The notes beneath the pieces are model-generated. The model saw only the letters and a list, made by a program, of their open reading frames with translations. It did no database searches and was not told where the DNA came from. From an uncultured virus (IMG/VR IMGVR_UViG_3300044513_001424) (taxonomy: Duplodnaviria > Heunggongvirae > Uroviricota > Caudoviricetes), in IMG/VR virus record IMGVR_UViG_3300044513_001424: a DNA stretch of 64,000 nt. The stretch is one strand, 5' to 3'. Each line of letters opens with the position of its first letter. The first letter of the stretch is position 1. Below are positions 37,531-44,637 of the stretch, piece after piece. The position numbers and the translations under genes were made by a program.

Positions 37531-38341
37531 TTCCTGGTCTTTACTTTATGATGAGCTTTACATGAAAGACGAAACTGAACAATCGGAATATTGGTATGAT
37601 TATGATCGCAATGATCCCAATCGACCAAACCCATTTGTGGATGGACATGGTGATGTACACTATTCATCCGAGAAAGAAGAATACTATGAAGGCGTAAACT
37701 CTGAAGGACGTTATCATCCAGACAACCCCAATCAAGATTTTTGGCATGAGGACGGTACAGAGTTTATTGGCAATCCTTACTCTGTTGTAGCCGCTGCACC
37801 TGTAGATTGGAATGTCTACGGTGACGGCTCTTATACCAAAGACACAGTTACTTTTAATATGAACACATCTGACATGGAATTTATCAGTGCTAATGGAGGA
37901 TTTGAATATACTCCATTAGCAAACACTAAAAAAGAGGAGTGGGTCTATGAATCACCTGACGGTGGAAAGACCGTCACTCGTCGTAAGCCTGGTTCTACAG
38001 AAAAGGAAATTATCAAATCTCCAGCTCCTGAGGAGTCGGCTCCTCACTTCTGGCAGTACGAAGAGGATAAGACTCTCAAAGAGGTTCGTGACTACCTCTC
38101 TGGAACCTATCGTGCTCACTACACATCGAAAGAATCCAAGACTCAAACCCTTGATCTTATCGAAAGTATCGGTGATGCAGAAGCATTCACTCGATCCAAC
38201 GCTATCAAATACCTGTCACGGTTTGGAAAGAAGGATGGCAAATCTAAACTTGACATCCTGAAAGCCATCCACTATTGTATTCTTCTCTACCACTTCGCTG
38301 GACTTCATAATGCAAACAAAAACCCCTATGAAACTTTCTGA
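37523..38341 (+). CDS. Hypothetical protein with C-terminal DUF3310-like domain
   Basis: YLSGTYRAHY...SNAIKYLSRFGKKDG...DILKAIHY; low-complexity acidic N-terminus. Confidence 0.65.
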   Translation: MVNSWSLLYDELYMKDETEQSEYWYDYDRNDPNRPNPFVDGHGDVHYSSEKEEYYEGVNSEGRYHPDNPNQDFWHEDGTEFIGNPYSVVAAAPVDWNVYGDGSYTKDTVTFNMNTSDMEFISANGGFEYTPLANTKKEEWVYESPDGGKTVTRRKPGSTEKEIIKSPAPEESAPHFWQYEEDKTLKEVRDYLSGTYRAHYTSKESKTQTLDLIESIGDAEAFTRSNAIKYLSRFGKKDGKSKLDILKAIHYCILLYHFAGLHNANKNPYETF

Positions 38342-38996
38342 TCGCACTGTTAATCTTCTGCGTAACTTCTCTACGATTAATCAGTCTATCTTGTTCAAGG
38401 AGGGTAAGAAACTTCGCACCATTAGTGTGATGAAGAACATTCTTGCAGAGGCAAACATCGACGAAGAGTTTCCTCAGGACTTCGGTGTTTATGATCTGGG
38501 TCAGTTCCTGAACTCTCTCAACCTGTTCCAAGAACCTGATCTGGTCTTCAATGGTGACAGTTATGTTACTGTGAAAGAGGGCAAACAGAAGTCCAAGTAC
38601 TTCTTTGCAGACCCCAGTGTGATTGTTTCTCCTCCAGAGAAGTCCATCACGTTGCCCTCGGTTGACGTTGAGTTCAACCTTAAGAGTTCTCAACTCGATC
38701 GTCTTCTTAAGGCCGCATCTGTTTATCACCTGACTGACCTATCTGTGGTTGGTGAAGGTGGTGAAATCAAACTGATGGTTCATGATCGTAAGAATGATAC
38801 TTCTAACGATTTCTCTATCGTGGTTGGTGAAACTACTAGTACTTTTGCTCTGCACTTCAAAGTGGAGAACATCAAAATTGTCCCTGGCACTTATGATGTG
38901 AAAATCTCTCGTAAACTTTTGTCTGAGTTTAAGTCTTCCGAGTATGATCTGACCTATTATATTGCTCTAGAACCTGATCTTACCTGGGAAGAATGA
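38328..38996 (+). CDS. gp45: Sliding clamp
   Basis: MKLSDRTVNLLRNFSTINQS, FGVYDL..FL, YYIALE. Confidence 0.93.
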   Translation: MKLSDRTVNLLRNFSTINQSILFKEGKKLRTISVMKNILAEANIDEEFPQDFGVYDLGQFLNSLNLFQEPDLVFNGDSYVTVKEGKQKSKYFFADPSVIVSPPEKSITLPSVDVEFNLKSSQLDRLLKAASVYHLTDLSVVGEGGEIKLMVHDRKNDTSNDFSIVVGETTSTFALHFKVENIKIVPGTYDVKISRKLLSEFKSSEYDLTYYIALEPDLTWEE

Positions 38997-39520
38997 ACAT
39001 CTTTGTGACTGATCCGAATCCTTACGTTTCTGCTCGGTCACTCCCTGACAAACATGTTGTCAAGATGCCACTTGAGAGTTGTCAGATGCTTAGCATCATT
39101 TACTCCAAGTGGTATTTTAATTGGGGTGACCTTTACCGTATGGACGGTCAACCTTATGAAACCCGAAAGGGTGCATTTCGCAACCACCCATGCACAAAGT
39201 GGGCTGCAGAAAATCACTATAATACTGCTTGGCTGATTCAACATGGTTGTGCTCTTGCTGGTGAATACCAACACCGATACGGTAAAGTACATTCCTGTGC
39301 AAAGACTCTCTTTGAAGCCAAAAAAATGTTTCACCGTATGGTAGGTCAGGCAATTTTATGTTATAGTATGGCTGAAAACTTCGTAAGAGCAATGCCTGAT
39401 GAGTATAAACTTGACACAAGCATTGACACTTTTACTGCTTACAAGATGTATATCGCATCCAAACCTTGGGTTGCATCTAATTATCTTCGTGACGAATCCA
39501 GAAAACCAGATTGGCTATGA
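38993..39520 (+). CDS. Pyrimidine-dimer DNA glycosylase/endonuclease V-family-like protein
   Basis: MNIFVT, DKHVVKMPLESCQML, NHPCTKW, EYQHRYGKVH, AMPDEYK. Confidence 0.65.
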   Translation: MNIFVTDPNPYVSARSLPDKHVVKMPLESCQMLSIIYSKWYFNWGDLYRMDGQPYETRKGAFRNHPCTKWAAENHYNTAWLIQHGCALAGEYQHRYGKVHSCAKTLFEAKKMFHRMVGQAILCYSMAENFVRAMPDEYKLDTSIDTFTAYKMYIASKPWVASNYLRDESRKPDWL

Positions 39521-39523
39521 TTT

Positions 39524-39859
39524 ATGAGACACATTCTTTTCACCCTTAAGGGGTGTTCTATGGTTCTCCTTGATGATGAACAGTACGTTCGTGATGTTCT
39601 TTATCATGCAAGTGTGAAGTGTGAGTCAACTTTGTTGGCACTTAACTCTCATAAATTTCAACCTCAAGGTGTCACTTGTGTCGCGATGCTAGCAGAAAGT
39701 CACATCAGTATTCATACGTGGCCAGAGATGGGTATGGCAGTGTGCGATGTGTTCACCTGTGGAGATCACACAAAACCCCAAGATGGTGTAGAATATATGA
39801 AGACGATGCTTCATGCATCTGATATTGTTTGTAATGAATTTGTTCGACCTTTGGAATGA
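39524..39859 (+). CDS. speD: S-adenosylmethionine decarboxylase proenzyme
   Basis: FQPQGVT, LAESHISIHTWPE autocleavage motif, DVFTCG. Confidence 0.92.
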   Translation: MRHILFTLKGCSMVLLDDEQYVRDVLYHASVKCESTLLALNSHKFQPQGVTCVAMLAESHISIHTWPEMGMAVCDVFTCGDHTKPQDGVEYMKTMLHASDIVCNEFVRPLE

Positions 39860-40809
39860 TTATGCGTGATGAATTTCTCTGGGTTGAAAAGTATCGACCC
39901 AAGACTATTGAAGATTGTATTCTCCCTGAGTCTACGAAAAAAACTTTTAAAGACTTCCTAGATAAAGGAGAGATTCCCAATCTTTTGCTTTCTGGTCCTC
40001 CTGGTATTGGAAAGACCACGGTAGCAAAAGCTCTCTGTCATGAACTGGGAGTTGATTACTATGTTATTAATGGATCTGATGAAGGACGATTTTTGGACAC
40101 TGTACGGAACCAAGCAAAGAACTTTGCTTCGACCGTCTCTCTTTCTGGGTCTGGTGCAAAGCACAAAGTCATCATTATTGACGAGGCTGACAACACAACC
40201 CACGATGTACAACTCCTCCTACGGGCGAATATTGAGGCATTTTATAACAACTGTCGGTTCATCTTCACCTGTAACTTCAAAAATCGTATCATCGAACCTC
40301 TCCACAGCCGATGTGCGGTGGTCGAGTTTGGAATCAACGGAAAACAGAAACCTGCAATCGCCGCGAAATTCTTCAAGCGTCTTTTCTCGATCTTGGAGGC
40401 AGAAGGTGTTGAAGCAGATCCGAAAGTACTTGCCGAACTAGTCAACAAACATTTTCCTGACTGGCGTCGTGTTCTAAATGAATGTCAACGATACTCTGTT
40501 AGTGGAAAAATTGACTCTGGTATTCTTGCAACCTTCTCTGATGTAAGTATCAATGATCTCATTAAGAACCTTAAGTCGAAACAGTTTCCTGAAGTACGTA
40601 AGTGGGTCGTCAATAATCTGGACAATGATCCTAGTGTACTTCTGCGTCGTCTTTACGATGCTCTTTTTGACTCCCTTGACGGTCCTAGTATTGCTGCTGC
40701 CGTTCTCATTATTGCTAAGTATCAGTATCAGATCGCATTTGTGGCCGACCAGGAAATCAACCTCCTCGCGGCGTTGACTGAAATTATGGTGGAGTGTGAG
40801 TTCAAATGA
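39856..40809 (+). CDS. gp44: Clamp loader large subunit
   Basis: LWVEKYRP, GPPGIGKTT, IIDEAD, PLHSRC. Confidence 0.95.
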   Translation: MIMRDEFLWVEKYRPKTIEDCILPESTKKTFKDFLDKGEIPNLLLSGPPGIGKTTVAKALCHELGVDYYVINGSDEGRFLDTVRNQAKNFASTVSLSGSGAKHKVIIIDEADNTTHDVQLLLRANIEAFYNNCRFIFTCNFKNRIIEPLHSRCAVVEFGINGKQKPAIAAKFFKRLFSILEAEGVEADPKVLAELVNKHFPDWRRVLNECQRYSVSGKIDSGILATFSDVSINDLIKNLKSKQFPEVRKWVVNNLDNDPSVLLRRLYDALFDSLDGPSIAAAVLIIAKYQYQIAFVADQEINLLAALTEIMVECEFK

Positions 40810-40997
40810 TCAGTAAGTCGGAATTGATGCACCATCGCCTTCAGGCATGGATGCGTGAGAATCACTGTGATGATATTGAATACCTGGGATTCTATCCAGA
40901 TACAATGGGAGTTGATAACCACTGGTATCGTATCGCTGAACATGAAGTAACTGTTGATTGTATTGAAGACCTAGAACTTGTAGAAGATTATGACTGA
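40806..40997 (+). CDS. Hypothetical protein
   Basis: ATGA-coupled to gp44; fills the operon gap. Confidence 0.6.
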   Translation: MISKSELMHHRLQAWMRENHCDDIEYLGFYPDTMGVDNHWYRIAEHEVTVDCIEDLELVEDYD

Positions 40998-41283
40998 AGT
41001 AAAACTGATCCGTATCACCAGTGGCGAAGAAATCGTTGCTGAAGTTGTCTCCCAAGATGACACTACTATTACTGTGAAGAATCCTCTGGTGGTTATTCCA
41101 CAGGCACAGAATGTTGGATTTGCTCCGTGGGCTACTGTTATTGATAAAGATAATCCTGAGGTCCCAGTGTCTCGTATGCACGTCATCTATATTGTTGACG
41201 TTGACTCTAGTGTTAAGAAGAAGTATAATGAACTATTTGGTAGTAAGTTGATTACTCCCAACGACAAAAAACTAGTTTATTGA
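40990..41283 (+). CDS. Hypothetical protein (Sm-like fold candidate)
   Basis: KLIRITSGEEIVAE...FAPW. Confidence 0.7.
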   Translation: MTEVKLIRITSGEEIVAEVVSQDDTTITVKNPLVVIPQAQNVGFAPWATVIDKDNPEVPVSRMHVIYIVDVDSSVKKKYNELFGSKLITPNDKKLVY

Positions 41284-41287
41284 TCCT

Positions 41288-41449
41288 ATGAAGAAAAAAC
41301 AGAGACATCAAGTTAAGTCTAGGTTTTACTACATCTTCTGGGGTGCTGCAACTCTCGCAGTGGTAGCTGGTCAAGTATATGTTGGGGCTGGTTATCGAGA
41401 TATGGCAGACGCTTATAGAGGTACGTTGAATGTTACTAGAACCAAATGA
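41288..41449 (+). CDS. Small membrane protein (53 aa, below the ORF-track cutoff)
   Basis: MKKKQRHQVKSRFYYIFWGAATLAVVAGQVYVG..., basic N-terminus plus one hydrophobic helix. Confidence 0.6.
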   Translation: MKKKQRHQVKSRFYYIFWGAATLAVVAGQVYVGAGYRDMADAYRGTLNVTRTK

Positions 41450-42551
41450 TGCAATATATGCGGCGGATAAATTCATTGATTATTTCTCAAACACGGGAAG
41501 AATCGATGAGTATCTTCGCACGGTAAAACTAGATCGCATATCTCAACAACCCACATCTATCCCTGGGTTTGGTCCTGAAGATGATCTCTTCAGCAACTTT
41601 GATATGCATCCAGAAGATATGGACATTCGTATCTTCACTGCAGGAGACAACAAAGGATTCAGTAATGAATACTTTAATGAAAGACTGCAGATCACTATGT
41701 CCCATGCTTTTGAGTCATCCATTCCAGGCAAGTCTTTGAAATGGATTGTTCAAGAGATGAATACTAATAAGACTATTGGATTCATTCGATTTGGATCTCC
41801 TACTATTAATTCTAGGCCTAGAAACGAATGGTTGGATGATGTTCCAGAACTGAGTAGATTCAATAGACATGCTATCATGGGATTCGTTATCGTTCCCACT
41901 CAACCATTCGGGTTTAATTATCTTGGTGGTAAGTTGTTAGCATTGCTCTGTTGTTCACACACTGCTAGAGAACAGTTAAATAGAAAGTATAATGCAGACA
42001 TCTGTCTCTTTGAGACTACCTCTCTGTACGGGTCTACAAAGTCCTCCTCTCAGTATGATGGACTCAAACCCTACATGAGGTACAAAGGACTGACTGACAG
42101 CGATTTTACACCGCTCCTGCATGATAATATTTTCCATGATCTAAACAAATGGTTCATAGCAAGGAACAACGACAAGACTCTAGTCAAGGAAGACGCATCG
42201 AGTCGCAAACTGAAAACTCAACAAAAGATGATCTCGATCATCAAGAAAAGCTTACCTTCTCAAAAGGTTGCGGAGTTCCAGACTGCGATTGTAAATGCAA
42301 AAAATCTGACTGAGCAAAAAAGATTTTACATGTCAACCTACGGATTCTCAAATTCGAGGGAAGTGATCCTGGGAAAGGAAGAAGTTCTCAAGAAGGCAGA
42401 CAACTACGATAGGTTTGAAGTCCCCTCCATCATTGAGTGGTGGAAGAAGAAAGCTTCAAAACGCTACGAAAGCCTACGATCTGATTCCAGACTTCGTACC
42501 AAGTTAGAGACTTGGAACACTAACCCAGATGAAATTGACATTATTAGATGA
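41430..42551 (+). CDS. DUF4338 / Druantia DruA-like protein
   Basis: IPGKSL, GFIRFGSP, PFGFNYLGGKLLA, ETTSLYG..SSQY, YKGLT. Confidence 0.6.
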   Translation: MLLEPNDAIYAADKFIDYFSNTGRIDEYLRTVKLDRISQQPTSIPGFGPEDDLFSNFDMHPEDMDIRIFTAGDNKGFSNEYFNERLQITMSHAFESSIPGKSLKWIVQEMNTNKTIGFIRFGSPTINSRPRNEWLDDVPELSRFNRHAIMGFVIVPTQPFGFNYLGGKLLALLCCSHTAREQLNRKYNADICLFETTSLYGSTKSSSQYDGLKPYMRYKGLTDSDFTPLLHDNIFHDLNKWFIARNNDKTLVKEDASSRKLKTQQKMISIIKKSLPSQKVAEFQTAIVNAKNLTEQKRFYMSTYGFSNSREVILGKEEVLKKADNYDRFEVPSIIEWWKKKASKRYESLRSDSRLRTKLETWNTNPDEIDIIR

Positions 42552-42931
42552 AAGTTGAACTGAAAGATTGGCTTAATTCCATCAATATGACCAAGGAAAA
42601 CCTTCTCAAAGAAAGAGCTGAAGAGAAGGAGTATCCTGCTTTTATTATTAACAAATGCATGTCGGGACAAGTTGATACAGTTTTGTATGCTAATCAACTG
42701 AACTTGAATCATCAGCTTCCCAGTAAACTCCAATATGATTTTTATCTAAATAGCATCAGGAAAAAGAAGAGATTTTCTCCCTGGCTCCGCAAAGAAAAAA
42801 TCAAAGATCTTGATGCAGTTAAATCTTACTATGGTTATAGTAATGAGAAAGCTATGCAGGCTTTGAAGATTCTAAATAAAGAACAAATCGATCACATTAA
42901 TAAGCGACTTGATGTTGGAGGTACAAAATGA
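42548..42931 (+). CDS. gp62: Clamp loader small subunit
   Basis: LKDWLNSIN, QYDFYLNSIRKKKRFSPW, YYGYSNEKA. Confidence 0.92.
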   Translation: MKVELKDWLNSINMTKENLLKERAEEKEYPAFIINKCMSGQVDTVLYANQLNLNHQLPSKLQYDFYLNSIRKKKRFSPWLRKEKIKDLDAVKSYYGYSNEKAMQALKILNKEQIDHINKRLDVGGTK

Positions 42932-43362
42932 CTGCATTTGCAGAACCAGAGGTTAACTGGGCACCTGATCAAATGATTGAAGTGACTCTCAATGAACCTG
43001 ATGATTTTCTAAAGGTTCGTGAGACTCTGACTCGTATTGGAGTCGCTTCTAGGAAAGAAAAGAAGATCTATCAATCTTGCCATATCCTACACAAACAGGG
43101 TAGGTATTATATTGTTCACTTTAAGGAATTGTTTGCTCTCGATGGCAAACATGCAAACCTAACGGTGAATGATGTTCAACGTAGGAATCGTATCATCAAT
43201 CTTCTAAGCGATTGGGGATTGATCTCTGTACTGAAACCAGAAGAGACTACAGACGTTGCTCCTCTGAATCAGATTAAGGTTCTTTCGTACAAGGATAAAG
43301 GAGACTGGACCTTGGAAACCAAGTACAACATTGGTAAAAAGAAGAAGACGGAAACCGTATAA
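42928..43362 (+). CDS. regA: Translational repressor RegA
   Basis: PDDFLKVRETLTRIG, QSCHILHKQGRYYIVHFKELF. Confidence 0.96.
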   Translation: MTAFAEPEVNWAPDQMIEVTLNEPDDFLKVRETLTRIGVASRKEKKIYQSCHILHKQGRYYIVHFKELFALDGKHANLTVNDVQRRNRIINLLSDWGLISVLKPEETTDVAPLNQIKVLSYKDKGDWTLETKYNIGKKKKTETV

Positions 43363-43367
43363 TTCTT

Positions 43368-43392
43368 GGGGGGTTAACCACACCCCCTTTTT
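43368..43392 (+). terminator. Terminator after regA
   Basis: gggggt...accccc stem plus T-run. Confidence 0.7.
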
Positions 43393-43401
43393 AATGTCTG
43401 C

Positions 43402-43470
43402 TGTTATAATTATATACGGATGCCTTAGGGGTCCACAAAACACAAACTCGCTTTAAAAGGAGCTAAAAAG
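43402..43470 (+). promoter_or_regulatory. Extended -10 promoter and structured hsp20 leader (ROSE-like)
   Basis: TGtTATAAT at 43402-43410; hairpin 43418-43434; CTCGCT-ttaaa-AGGAG pairing over the SD. Confidence 0.55.
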
Positions 43471-43905
43471 ATGGGAAACCTTCAACGCTATGTAGCGTCT
43501 GATCTTGGTAAGCTTATGGACCAGATCAATCGTAACGCTATTGGAATGGACGGATACTTTGATCGTCTATTCGACTTGCATGAAACCACGCAGAACTATC
43601 CTCCCTATAATCTAGTACAGGTAAGTAACGTAGAGTCTAGACTTGAAATTGCACTTGCTGGATTTAAGAAGGATCAAGTTCATGTATACACAGAATTTGG
43701 GAAACTATTCATCGAAGGACAACGAGAAGATGGAGAATCCCAAAACACCTATGCCCATCGTGGCATTGCTCAAAGATCTTTCACCCGCAGTTGGACACTC
43801 TCTGATGATACTGAGGTGAGGAATGTGAACTTTGAGGATGGGCTGTTAACGATTGAACTAGGGAAGGTCGTTCCTGAACACCATGCCAGGAAAGATTGGT
43901 TCTAA
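43471..43905 (+). CDS. hsp20: Small heat shock protein
   Basis: NYPPYNL, LEIALAGF, HRGIAQRSFTRSW, FEDGLL. Confidence 0.95.
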   Translation: MGNLQRYVASDLGKLMDQINRNAIGMDGYFDRLFDLHETTQNYPPYNLVQVSNVESRLEIALAGFKKDQVHVYTEFGKLFIEGQREDGESQNTYAHRGIAQRSFTRSWTLSDDTEVRNVNFEDGLLTIELGKVVPEHHARKDWF

Positions 43906-43935
43906 TCGTTATAAGGGGAGGGCACCACCTCCCCA

Positions 43936-44011
43936 TATAAATAAAACTGAATATCGTCGGCGCTATGCCACGAGGGGAACTGGCAAAATCCAGTTGACTC
44001 CCCTCTTTTTT
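43936..44011 (+). ncRNA. Candidate late-promoter-driven small structured RNA
   Basis: TATAAATA at 43936-43943, then about 60 nt ending in a gagggga-actgg/ccagt-tcccctc hairpin plus T-run; no ORF. Confidence 0.3.
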
Positions 44012-44022
44012 ATTGGTATAAT
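43994..44022 (+). promoter_or_regulatory. sigma70-type promoter
   Basis: TTGACT-17 nt-TATAAT. Confidence 0.75.
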
Positions 44023-44042
44023 AAAGTGCGTTCAAAAATATT

Positions 44043-44363
44043 ATGTCTGTTAAACTAGTTCTTTTAAAGTCAAACGAGGAAGTTATTGCCGACGTGCAAG
44101 AACTGGTGGATGAGAACGATAAGGTACTGTTTCTTGTACTCACTAATCCATTCACATGTAAGTTAGTTGAGGCACCAGAAATGCTCATGGAGGGTGCTGA
44201 ATCGTCGGAACCCAGATATAGTGTTCAGTTTTTTCCATGGATGCCACTGTCGAAAGAAAAGAGGATCTCTATTGATCCAACCTGGGCAGTAACTATTGTG
44301 GAACCCACTGAAATGGTTAAAGAATCTTATGAGGCAAGGATGAATGGAACAACAGGAAATTAA
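44043..44363 (+). CDS. Conserved hypothetical protein (Sm-like fold candidate)
   Basis: VKLVLLKSNEEVIADV...FPWMPLS; syntenic between hsp20 and gp43. Confidence 0.7.
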   Translation: MSVKLVLLKSNEEVIADVQELVDENDKVLFLVLTNPFTCKLVEAPEMLMEGAESSEPRYSVQFFPWMPLSKEKRISIDPTWAVTIVEPTEMVKESYEARMNGTTGN

Positions 44364-44637
44364 TGTACAGTGTATCATTCTGACCAATGATGAAGTTATC
44401 ATCAGTCAGATTGAAGAAGTCATTGCGGAACTTGGCGAACCAAACTGCAGACTGACTTCTCCATATAGGATCCTTGGTAAACATGAGACCGACAAACCAG
44501 TTGAGGAAAGATTTGTTCCATGGCTGGCTGATTTTACCGATGACCGTGTTATAATGTTGTCATCGGACAAGATTCTTACTCTTGTCGAACCACACAAAAA
44601 ACTTGTTGACTACTACTTGAAGCTTGCCACAACATGA
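44344..44637 (+). CDS. Conserved hypothetical protein (paralog of upstream ORF)
   Basis: IILTNDEVIISQI...PWL...SDKILTLVEP. Confidence 0.7.
   Translation: MEQQEINVQCIILTNDEVIISQIEEVIAELGEPNCRLTSPYRILGKHETDKPVEERFVPWLADFTDDRVIMLSSDKILTLVEPHKKLVDYYLKLATT

Noticed and set aside
43944..44011. Glutamine riboswitch or tRNA
   Set aside because: Starts with AUCGU but lacks the GGAAG/GAAG three-way-junction elements; no cloverleaf or T-loop
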